From Thermodesulfobacteriota bacterium (GTDB lineage Bacteria; Desulfobacterota_D; UBA1144; Nemesobacterales; Mycalebacteriaceae): 64,000 bases of DNA. Of the stretch, positions 56,309 through 64,000 are shown piece by piece (the first letter of the stretch is position 1; the number at the start of each line of letters is the position of its first letter). Position numbers and translations under genes: made by a program. The notes under the pieces are model-generated. The model did no database searches. It saw only the letters and a program-made list of their open reading frames with translations, and was not told the DNA's origin. The stretch is taken from contig OZ242184.1 in assembly GCA_965205855.1 (NCBI GenBank), positions 1,248,001-1,312,000 on the forward strand, read 5' to 3'.

Positions 56309-57424
56309 CTACCTTGCTTTCAATGTCGCAAGCGCGAGAAACGCGAGCACAAATGAGATTATCCAGAAACGGATGACTATCTGCGATTCGTGCCATCCCG
56401 TCTTTTCAAAATGGTGGTGAAGAGGAGCCATCTTGAAAAACCTTTTTCCTTTTAAGCGGAAAAACACAACCTGTATAAGCACCGAAACAGTCTCGGCGAC
56501 AAATATACCTCCGATAACAACAAGCAAAATCTCCTGCTTTGTTACAAGCGCGGCAAGCCCTATTGACGCACCGAGAGAAAGCGAGCCGGTATCTCCCATG
56601 AAAACGCGCGCAGGATAGGCATTGTGCCAGAGAAATCCGAGGCATGCGCCGCCAAGTGCCGCGAGAAAGACGGCAAATTCTCCAGCGTTGGGAACATACG
56701 GAATATGAAGGTAGTTCGCAAGATTCAAGTTTCCAGCGACAAAAGCGAGAATATAATAAGTTCCGACCGTAATGATAATGGACCCTATCGCAAGACCATC
56801 AAGGCCGTCTGTGAGATTGACGGCGTTTGAAGTTCCTATCGTAACAAAAAGGGCGAGAACAAAATACAGCCATCCGAATTCAAAAACCGCGGTCTTCAAA
56901 AATGGAAAGGCAACCGAAGTGAACGAATACTTTTCGGAGCCCTCCGCAGAATTTATAAAAACTGAGAACCCCCCCTCCTGAACACGAATCAAGATGAAAA
57001 CAAGAATCACCGCCGCGACGCACTGAACAAAAAACTTGAGACCGATCCTCATTCCCCCGAAACCGGAAAGTTTCATCCGGTCGTCAACAAATCCTATCAA
57101 ACCGAATACGGCGGTGAATACAACCGAGAAAATCACAATCGGTTCGGAAAGATTCCCCCACAAAAGCGTAGACAGCGTAACCGCGAGAACTATGAAAATC
57201 CCACCCATTGTCGGAGTGCCGGATTTAATTTTGTGTCGAGCCGGGCCGTCGGAGCGTATCTTCTCTCTTATCCTGCCGCGGTCAAGGAATGCTATCGCCC
57301 TTCCGCCGAGAAACACGCTTATGAAAAAAGCAAAAACCCCGGCGCCGAAGGAGCGGAAAGTTACATAGCTGAATATGTTCAGTAACGACAAATCGTCTTT
57401 CAGAAAATGAAGAAGGTGGAGCAT
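56309..57424 (-). CDS. mraY: phospho-N-acetylmuramoyl-pentapeptide transferase
   Basis: GTPTMGG, GFVDD, SNAVNLTDGLDGL, FMGDTGS, MAPLHHHFE. Confidence 0.98.
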   Translation of the reverse strand: MLHLLHFLKDDLSLLNIFSYVTFRSFGAGVFAFFISVFLGGRAIAFLDRGRIREKIRSDGPARHKIKSGTPTMGGIFIVLAVTLSTLLWGNLSEPIVIFSVVFTAVFGLIGFVDDRMKLSGFGGMRIGLKFFVQCVAAVILVFILIRVQEGGFSVFINSAEGSEKYSFTSVAFPFLKTAVFEFGWLYFVLALFVTIGTSNAVNLTDGLDGLAIGSIIITVGTYYILAFVAGNLNLANYLHIPYVPNAGEFAVFLAALGGACLGFLWHNAYPARVFMGDTGSLSLGASIGLAALVTKQEILLVVIGGIFVAETVSVLIQVVFFRLKGKRFFKMAPLHHHFEKTGWHESQIVIRFWIISFVLAFLALATLKAR

Positions 57425-57433
57425 TTCAGTTTT

Positions 57434-58813
57434 TTAACGCGTTTGCGGAACGCTAATCCTCCGTATGATTTTCTCCATCTTCATGCCGCGCGAGCCTTTT
57501 ACAAGAACAAAATCACCGGGCTTGGCAACACTTTTGATTATATCCGCCGCCTCGTTATGTGAAACGGTTTTTTCAACACGAATTTTCGAGCCCGCCGCCG
57601 CACACACATCCCCAGCCCGCTCGCCGAATCCGATAAGAAAGTCAACTCCGCAAGCGGCGGCTTTCTCTCCAACCGCACGATGATACATACCGCTCATGTC
57701 ACCCAGTTCAAGCATGTCTCCTAGAACCGCTATCGCGCTTGAGGTCGTTTTCCGCACGTTTCTGAAATGGCAGAGGTCCTCAAGGGCCGCGGAGACCGAA
57801 TCGGGATTTGCGTTGTAACAGTCGTTTATGAGAGTAACTCCTCCCATAATCTCAGCGACCTCCATTCTCATCTCCGCAGGCTGGAAGTTCCGTATTCCGG
57901 ACGCTATTTCATCACCGGAAAGCCCGAAAGAAAGAGAGATAGCCGCAGCACACAGAAAGTTCATAACATTGTGCCTACCGACTGCGGGAGCTGTTACCGG
58001 AAAATCACTTCCGCCGATTCTCATTGTAAAACTCAGCGAACGCTCGGTGCCGTTTATGCCGAACGCGAAAACCTCCGCCTCCGGCAAGACGGTTGAAAAT
58101 CCGGTTTTACCGCAGTCAAGCGAGTCGGATATTTTACGGGCGAGCCGGTCGTCCAGATTAACAGCGAAGTGGCTCTCTTTTCCAAATGAGCGGAAAAGAA
58201 GCGACTTTTCCTCCGAGATTTTTTCTCCGCTTCCGAACCTGCCGATGTGAGCCGTGCCTATGTTGGTAACCGCTCCGATGTCTGGAGCGGCGATGGATGC
58301 AAGCCCTTCCATCTCCCCGGGAGAGTTGATTCCGACCTCGGCCACACAAACTTCGTGTTCGGGGCGGATATCAAGCAGTGTGAGAGGAAGCCCCAGATGG
58401 TTGTTGAAGCTTTTTCTGTTTACGACCGCGCGGCGGCCGGAAGATTCAAAAATGGCCGCAAGTGCCTGCTTGGTTGTGGTCTTGCCGCTTGAACCGGTTA
58501 CGCAGATAACTTTGAGATTTTTGAATTTTTTTCTCCAATTCCGCGCCGTGTCCGCGAGAGCGCGTGTAGTCGAGGAAACGCAAATCAAAGGCACCCCGGG
58601 AAGAGCATATCCGCTTTCAACGACTGCCGCGGCCGCTCCGGCCTTAAAAGCCGCACGGACATAGTCGTGCCCGTCTTTTTCCCCTTTGATTGCGAAAAAA
58701 AGGTCGCCACTCTTAAGAAGCCTTGAGTCAATTGAAACACCCGAGTATGCGTTCGGGGGATTTCCCACCGTTTTCGCACAGATGGTTTTCAAAACAAATT
58801 TGTGCTCTATCAA
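57434..58813 (-). CDS. murF: UDP-MurNAc-tripeptide-D-Ala-D-Ala ligase
   Basis: DSR, VTGSSGKTTTK, FNNHLGLP, NDCYNANP, GDMLELG, VKGSRGM. GGAGG RBS before TTG 58813. Confidence 0.96.
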   Translation of the reverse strand: MIEHKFVLKTICAKTVGNPPNAYSGVSIDSRLLKSGDLFFAIKGEKDGHDYVRAAFKAGAAAAVVESGYALPGVPLICVSSTTRALADTARNWRKKFKNLKVICVTGSSGKTTTKQALAAIFESSGRRAVVNRKSFNNHLGLPLTLLDIRPEHEVCVAEVGINSPGEMEGLASIAAPDIGAVTNIGTAHIGRFGSGEKISEEKSLLFRSFGKESHFAVNLDDRLARKISDSLDCGKTGFSTVLPEAEVFAFGINGTERSLSFTMRIGGSDFPVTAPAVGRHNVMNFLCAAAISLSFGLSGDEIASGIRNFQPAEMRMEVAEIMGGVTLINDCYNANPDSVSAALEDLCHFRNVRKTTSSAIAVLGDMLELGDMSGMYHRAVGEKAAACGVDFLIGFGERAGDVCAAAGSKIRVEKTVSHNEAADIIKSVAKPGDFVLVKGSRGMKMEKIIRRISVPQTR

Positions 58814-60300
58814 GCGGCGTCCTCCCTCTGTTTGAGAAACTCCGCCGCGCACTGTCTGTCATCAAAAGGCAGATTTTCACCCGCGACGCTTTGATATCTT
58901 TCATGTCCCTTGCCCGCTACGAGAACAAAATCTCCGGGGCTTGCAGACAAAACCGCGTGCCTTATTGCGTCCCTTCTGTCGGTGATTTTCAGCGCGCCAC
59001 ATCCGCCGGAAGACATGCCCGCCTCAATGTCATCAAGGATGCTTGCGGGGTCTTCGCCTCTCGGATTATCCGAGGTAAGAATGGCAATATCCGCCTTAAG
59101 GCTCGCCACGCGACCCATTTCCGCGCGTTTGCCCCTGTCCCTACCGCCGCCACATCCGAACACGACAAACATCCTCCCCCGGCACATAGGGCGAAATGCG
59201 CTGATAACCTTTTCAAGCGCGTCCGGGGTATGCGCGTAGTCAACAAATACATCAATCGTCGCGTCTTTGCATCCGACCCTTTCCATTCTTCCCGGCACCG
59301 ATAGCGGAGATGAAAGCGCGGCGGCGACCTTGTCCGGTGGAGAACCGAGGCAAAGCGCGGCGGCAGCGGCGGCAAGTATGTTTGAAAGGTTGTACTGACC
59401 TATCAGGTTGGAACTGATATCCAGTTTTTCCCACGGCGTGCGCAAAACGGCTCTGATTCCGTTTCTGTGAAATGAAAATTTCTCCGCGAAAATTTCCGCG
59501 GACGGATTTGCAACGGAGCAGGAAAAAACCTCTCCCGGCGAGAACGAAGCGATTTCAACCCCGAAAGGGTCGTCAATGTTGACAATCGCAAACTTGTTTT
59601 TTTTCGCGCTTCTCTCCAGCAACTCAGTAAAAAGCTTCTTCTTTGTCTCCGCATACCGCCTGATGTCTCCGTGGTAATCCAGATGGTCGCGGGTAAGATT
59701 TGTGAAAACCGCCGCATCAAATTCGCACGCGACAACCCTCTTTTCGTTTATCGCGTGCGATGAAACTTCCATACTCACTTTTTCCGCGCCTTCGGCAAGC
59801 ATAAGAGAAAATATCCTTTCAAGCTCCGCCGCTTCGGGCGTGGTCATTGACGCTTCCTCCCGCATGGAACCGCATCTTGTCTCCACCGTCCCTATGACTC
59901 CCGCCGTATGTCCGCACCGCTCCCACACGGAGCTCAACAAATGGCAGACGGTTGTTTTCCCGTTCGTGCCGGTTACTCCCACAATTTCAAAACCGTGGGA
60001 CGGATGACCGTATAAAACGCGCGCCGCCAGAGCAAATGCCTCTCTTGAGTCTTTCACAAGCGCGCCGCAAACCCGTAAACCGGACAGATACCTTTCCGTA
60101 ATAACGGCGACCGCTCCCCTTGAAATCGCTTCGGACACATAGTCGTGACCGTCCGAGGTCGCGCCTTTTACGGCGACAAAAACATAACCGGGCAAAACCT
60201 CGGACGATCGGAAACTGATTCCGGTTACGGGAACCGGCTCTCCAGAGTAAATTACTCCGCCAACCGCGGCGGCAATCTCTTTAAAGCTCAGAGGCTTCAT
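58810..60300 (-). CDS. murE: UDP-MurNAc-Ala-Glu - meso-diaminopimelate ligase
   Basis: GTNGKTT, MEVSSH, TNLTRDHLDYH, DYAHTPD, DNPR (mDAP-type), GKGHE. Confidence 0.97.
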   Translation of the reverse strand: MKPLSFKEIAAAVGGVIYSGEPVPVTGISFRSSEVLPGYVFVAVKGATSDGHDYVSEAISRGAVAVITERYLSGLRVCGALVKDSREAFALAARVLYGHPSHGFEIVGVTGTNGKTTVCHLLSSVWERCGHTAGVIGTVETRCGSMREEASMTTPEAAELERIFSLMLAEGAEKVSMEVSSHAINEKRVVACEFDAAVFTNLTRDHLDYHGDIRRYAETKKKLFTELLERSAKKNKFAIVNIDDPFGVEIASFSPGEVFSCSVANPSAEIFAEKFSFHRNGIRAVLRTPWEKLDISSNLIGQYNLSNILAAAAAALCLGSPPDKVAAALSSPLSVPGRMERVGCKDATIDVFVDYAHTPDALEKVISAFRPMCRGRMFVVFGCGGGRDRGKRAEMGRVASLKADIAILTSDNPRGEDPASILDDIEAGMSSGGCGALKITDRRDAIRHAVLSASPGDFVLVAGKGHERYQSVAGENLPFDDRQCAAEFLKQREDAA

Positions 60301-62213
60301 ATGGAATCCCTTGTAAAAGACACCGAGCATCTCTGCCCTTTTTTAACAAGAACGCCGGATTCCGGACTGTGACCGGTTGCAAACCCGTGTCCGCTGATTT
60401 TTAAATCAACCCCGGTTTTCGTAGCCCATATCGAAACATCCCGGACGCTTTTGCCACGCAAGTCCGGCATTGGAAAGGATTTTTCCGGAAGTGTTCCGTT
60501 CAAAACCATATCAACTTCAAGCATTCCGAGAGTTCTTTCCGCAATCGCTCCGAAAATCGGCGCGGCGGACAGCCCGCCAGATTTCCTTCTCTTCGGCCGG
60601 TTCAGAACAACCACAAGCGCCATGCGCGGATTTTCAACCGGAGCAAAGCCAAGAAAAGATGTCACGTAGGTGTTTGGAAGGTAGCCCTTCCCATTCGAGT
60701 CCGCTATTTGCGCTGTTCCAGTTTTTCCGGCGGTTGTGTATCCCTTCACTGCGGCGCGCCGCGCCGTTCCCCTCTCAACTGTCTGCTCCAGTATGTCGCT
60801 TATACGGCGCGCCACATCGTATGAAACAACTCTTCCCCGCACTTTCGGATTTTTTTTGAGAAGCAAGTTTCCGGACACATCAACCACCCTGTCAACAATA
60901 TAGGGGTCCATCAAATAGCCGCCGTTGGCTATTGCGGAAATTGCGGACGCCATCTGAAGGGCGTTCACCGAAATGCCCTGCCCGAAAGATATGGTCGCAA
61001 GCCCCAGCCTGCCCCAGTTTTTTGGACGCGGAACTATCCCCCTGTGCTCTCCGGGGATAAGGCTTCCGCTTCGGGAACCCAGACCGAAGTTCCTCAAATA
61101 CTTGTGGTAAAGACTCGCGCCCATAATCTCCGCTATTTTTGAAGAGCAGATATTGCTTGAAAAAACAACCGTATCGGTAACCGTAAGTTTGCCATGCGGA
61201 GAGGAATCCCGCACGACAAAGCTTCCGATTTCTCTTTTGCCGTTTTCACAGTCAAAAACGGTGTCTTCGCTCACAAGACCCTTCTCCAGCGCACCGGCGA
61301 CAAGAAAGGGTTTGATTATGGAACCCGGCTCAAAGGACTGCCAGACCGTCAGGTTTCTTTTCTCAATCTCCGAATATTTACGAAAATTGTTCGGGTCAAA
61401 AAACGGATACGACGCCATGGCAAGTATGCGTCCCGTGTGCGGGTCCATAAGCACCGCGCTACCGCTTTGCGCGCCGGATATCTCAACGCCTTTTTTAAGT
61501 TCGTCTTCAACGACATACTGAACGTTTGAATCAACGGTGAGAAAAATATCCGCGCCACCGGTCTCATCCCTGACATTGGGCGTATGGTAAAGCATTGAGC
61601 CGCCCTTGCCGTCTTTTTTGATTTTTATCCTGATATTGCTGCCGGTCATATACTTGTTAAGGGAATACTCAAGCCCCTCTATTCCACGCAAATCGGTGTC
61701 GGCAAATCCCACAACCGGCCCGAGAAGATAACCTTGCGGATACACTCTTTTCTGCTCCCTGATAAATGAAAGCCCCTTCAAGTTCGCCTCACGCAGTTTT
61801 TCAAAATCACCCGAAGACATCTTTCGTTTGAGCCAGACAAAAGACCTTTGTTTTCTGATGGCGCGGGAGAGAATAAAATCGTAATCCAGCCCGGAAATTT
61901 CCGCAACGGAGCGCGAAAAACTCTCGGGGTCTTCAATTTCACCGGGCGTAAGGTAAGAAGAATAAGACTGTTGGCTTGACGCTATAAGAGAACCGTTTGA
62001 GTCAAAAATCCCCCCGCGTTTCGATTTCAGGTTCAAATATCCCGTTTGCTGTCTGGACGCCTGCTTGAAAGCTTTTTCGGTGTCCAGAAATTGAAGGTCA
62101 AACGCTCTGTAGGCAACCACAAGAAAAAACAGGCAGAAAGCGGAGACGCAGACAATCAGTCTGCGTTTTGAAAAAACCGGATTCGCGCGGGTTCGGCGGG
62201 GTGGCGCGTTCAT
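60297..62213 (-). CDS. ftsI: penicillin-binding protein FtsI/PBP3 with PASTA domain
   Basis: RGGIFD, EPGSIIK (SxxK), SSN, GKTGTAQ. Confidence 0.93.
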   Translation of the reverse strand: MNAPPRRTRANPVFSKRRLIVCVSAFCLFFLVVAYRAFDLQFLDTEKAFKQASRQQTGYLNLKSKRGGIFDSNGSLIASSQQSYSSYLTPGEIEDPESFSRSVAEISGLDYDFILSRAIRKQRSFVWLKRKMSSGDFEKLREANLKGLSFIREQKRVYPQGYLLGPVVGFADTDLRGIEGLEYSLNKYMTGSNIRIKIKKDGKGGSMLYHTPNVRDETGGADIFLTVDSNVQYVVEDELKKGVEISGAQSGSAVLMDPHTGRILAMASYPFFDPNNFRKYSEIEKRNLTVWQSFEPGSIIKPFLVAGALEKGLVSEDTVFDCENGKREIGSFVVRDSSPHGKLTVTDTVVFSSNICSSKIAEIMGASLYHKYLRNFGLGSRSGSLIPGEHRGIVPRPKNWGRLGLATISFGQGISVNALQMASAISAIANGGYLMDPYIVDRVVDVSGNLLLKKNPKVRGRVVSYDVARRISDILEQTVERGTARRAAVKGYTTAGKTGTAQIADSNGKGYLPNTYVTSFLGFAPVENPRMALVVVLNRPKRRKSGGLSAAPIFGAIAERTLGMLEVDMVLNGTLPEKSFPMPDLRGKSVRDVSIWATKTGVDLKISGHGFATGHSPESGVLVKKGQRCSVSFTRDSI

Positions 62214-62548
62214 TGCCGCTCCTTGTTGTCCGAAGCGGGCGGCTCATAGATAAAGTCCGAATGGCGCGGCTCCCTGAAGCCCTTTTTTTTTGCAAGCGCG
62301 CTGAGACGGCGTCTTGAAAAAAGATCGTTGTAGCGCAGCTCCGCCGCCGCGACTTCTTCAACAAGTTCTTTCTCCCTGCGTACATTCTCAAGTGTCTCAT
62401 AAGCAAGGGACAGTTTTTCAATCCTGAAACGCAGGTATCCGACAAGCACTGCCACAACGACGCAGGTGGCGGCAAACACGCCGAAAAAAAAGGAGGCTTT
62501 TCTGAACAAAAGCCACCGCCGTCTTGATTTTGCCTTGCTCTGTTCCAC
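62210..62548 (-). CDS. ftsL: cell division protein FtsL-like
   Basis: Basic N-terminus, one TM, coiled coil; between rsmH and ftsI. Confidence 0.7.
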   Translation of the reverse strand: MEQSKAKSRRRWLLFRKASFFFGVFAATCVVVAVLVGYLRFRIEKLSLAYETLENVRREKELVEEVAAAELRYNDLFSRRRLSALAKKKGFREPRHSDFIYEPPASDNKERQ

Positions 62549-62560
62549 AGTTCCTTTCCG

Positions 62561-63517
62561 CTACACTTTTTCCGCGACTCTCATTTTTGCGCTTCGCGCG
62601 CGGGGGTTTGTGTCAATCTCCTCGCAAGACGGGGACACGGGTTTTCGCGTGAGCACCCTGACGCTTCTTTTTTTGCCGCATCCGCACTGCGCGAGCCCCG
62701 GAGGGCAGATGCACTCCAAACTCATAAATCTGAACGCGTGCTTCACAACTCTGTCTTCAAGGGAATGGAAGGAAATTACCACTATTCTCGCCCCCTTGCT
62801 AAGAAGAGGAACGGCTTTTTCAAGAAAGGTTTCAAGGTTGGAAATTTCGTTGTTCACTTTTATTCTGAGCGCCTGAAATGTTCTGGTCGCCGGGTGCGTG
62901 GAAGGCGGATGAAATTTTACGGGAATTGAGTTTGAAACTATAAGGGCGAGTTCACGGGAGGTTAAAACGGGAGATTTTTCACGGCTTTTTACAATCGCCG
63001 AGGCAATTTTTCCCGCAAATTTTTCCTCTCCGTATTTTTTTATAATTTCCCTTATTTCCCCAGCGCTCATCGTGTTTACAATATCCGAGGCGGTAAGGTC
63101 AAGAGCGGTGTCCATTCTCATATCAAGCGGCTCGTCCGCCTTGAAACTGAAACCGCGTCCGCTTTGTGAAATCTGACGGCTTGATATTCCAAGGTCCGCG
63201 ATGATACCGTCCACCTTGCCCACATTCGCGGCTCCGGCCGCCTTGTCTATTTCCGCAAAATTGGCGTTCATAACCGAGGCTCTGCCACCGAATCTCTCAA
63301 GACGCAGAGAAGCGAGTTTCGCCGAGTCCGAGTCGGAGTCAATGGCGACAAGTCTCGCGCCTTCAAACTCAAGAATCGCGCTTGAATGCCCGCCCATTCC
63401 GACCGTGGCATCAAAATATATTCCGCCGCCGCACGGATTGAGGTATGAAACCGATTCCTCAAGCATTACCGGACTGTGAAAAAATTCGTCTGTAAGAGAG
63501 GTTGAGGCGGTTTTCAT
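62561..63517 (-). CDS. rsmH: 16S rRNA m4C1402 methyltransferase
   Basis: HSPVML.E, DATVGMGGHS, DLGISS, LDMRM, FQALRI.VN, SFHSLEDR, NPRARSAK. Confidence 0.97.
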   Translation of the reverse strand: MKTASTSLTDEFFHSPVMLEESVSYLNPCGGGIYFDATVGMGGHSSAILEFEGARLVAIDSDSDSAKLASLRLERFGGRASVMNANFAEIDKAAGAANVGKVDGIIADLGISSRQISQSGRGFSFKADEPLDMRMDTALDLTASDIVNTMSAGEIREIIKKYGEEKFAGKIASAIVKSREKSPVLTSRELALIVSNSIPVKFHPPSTHPATRTFQALRIKVNNEISNLETFLEKAVPLLSKGARIVVISFHSLEDRVVKHAFRFMSLECICPPGLAQCGCGKKRSVRVLTRKPVSPSCEEIDTNPRARSAKMRVAEKV

Positions 63518-63609
63518 CTGCTTGTTCCGTTAGTATAATGCGTGCTGTCGGCACAAGGCAATAATTTTGTTATGCTTGTGCTTCCGCAGGTTGCGGGGAA
63601 GAGAAAACC

Positions 63610-63825
63610 TTGAGTGTTTTCAGTCTGAAACTGAAAAATCAAAGCGATAATGTTCTTGTTCAGTCAATTCTGGGCGGATACTCGCACATCTTTTGGGTCA
63701 GAACCGAAAATCCGAAAGACCCGGTTGTCAAGGTTTTTACCACGCGGGATTTTGAGAAAGAAACGCTCTCCATTCTGAAAAGTCTCAAACAAGAGGTTGA
63801 TTTTGAATTTATCAACCCCGACTGA
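63610..63825 (+). CDS. small protein, DUF4911-like
   Basis: 71 aa with ILGGY...VRT.NP pattern; divergent from rsmH; TATAAT at 63534-63539. Confidence 0.55.
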   Translation: MSVFSLKLKNQSDNVLVQSILGGYSHIFWVRTENPKDPVVKVFTTRDFEKETLSILKSLKQEVDFEFINPD

Positions 63826-64000
63826 CCCGGCAAAAAACGCTCTCGGCAACTGGGGAACAGTCGGAGGGTTGACTTTCGCAAGCAGGATAGCCGGCTACGC
63901 GAGAGACCTCACGGTTGCGTATTTTCTGGGCGCGGGCTATCAGAGCGACGCTTTTTATGTCGCCTTCCGCATTCCCAACCTGCTCAGAAGACTTTTCGCC
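63803..64000 (+). CDS. murJ: lipid II flippase MurJ (5' part; runs out of window)
   Basis: Not in the ORF track. Manual translation from TTG 63803 includes [40 protein letters not shown], the MurJ/MviN N-terminal signature. Confidence 0.92.
   Translation, partial: MNLSTPTDPAKNALGNWGTVGGLTFASRIAGYARDLTVAYFLGAGYQSDAFYVAFRIPNLLRRLFA

Noticed and set aside
47432-63479. Many 60-200 aa plus-strand ORFs within the dcw cluster and opposite other core genes
   Set aside because: Antisense shadows expected at this GC content; no motifs, and fully overlapped by confident genes.

Overview
Bacterial chromosomal window, mostly housekeeping genes. Gene content (CarD, GlnE, split atpZIBE operon, long ThyX, DUF4911) suggests a Desulfobacterota/'Ca. 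Dadabacteria'-like organism; this is an inference, not tested. Contents in order: thyX (partial), a sirtuin with degenerate motifs, xseA, cca, atpZIBE, hemL, a first cobalamin cluster (11.4-18.5 kb), pcrA/uvrD, a PiT-permease/APS-reductase operon, pyrE, a low-GC restriction-modification locus with two frameshifted nucleases, priA, glnE, carD, an isolated nuoF, tRNA-Gln, ispE, a second cobalamin cluster (43.2-47.2 kb), tRNA-Glu, the dcw cluster (rsmH to ftsZ, no mraZ or ddl) and the start of murJ. The strongest unannotated signal is a 28-codon Cys-rich leader ORF (22596-22682, minus strand). It has an upstream promoter-like element and a downstream terminator hairpin with alternative pairings, and sits directly ahead of the sulfate-assimilation genes, so it is a candidate cysteine-sensing attenuator. 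Second is a chlD-like chelatase gene split by a -1 shift at an A10 run. No CRISPR array, IS element, prophage or rRNA was seen.
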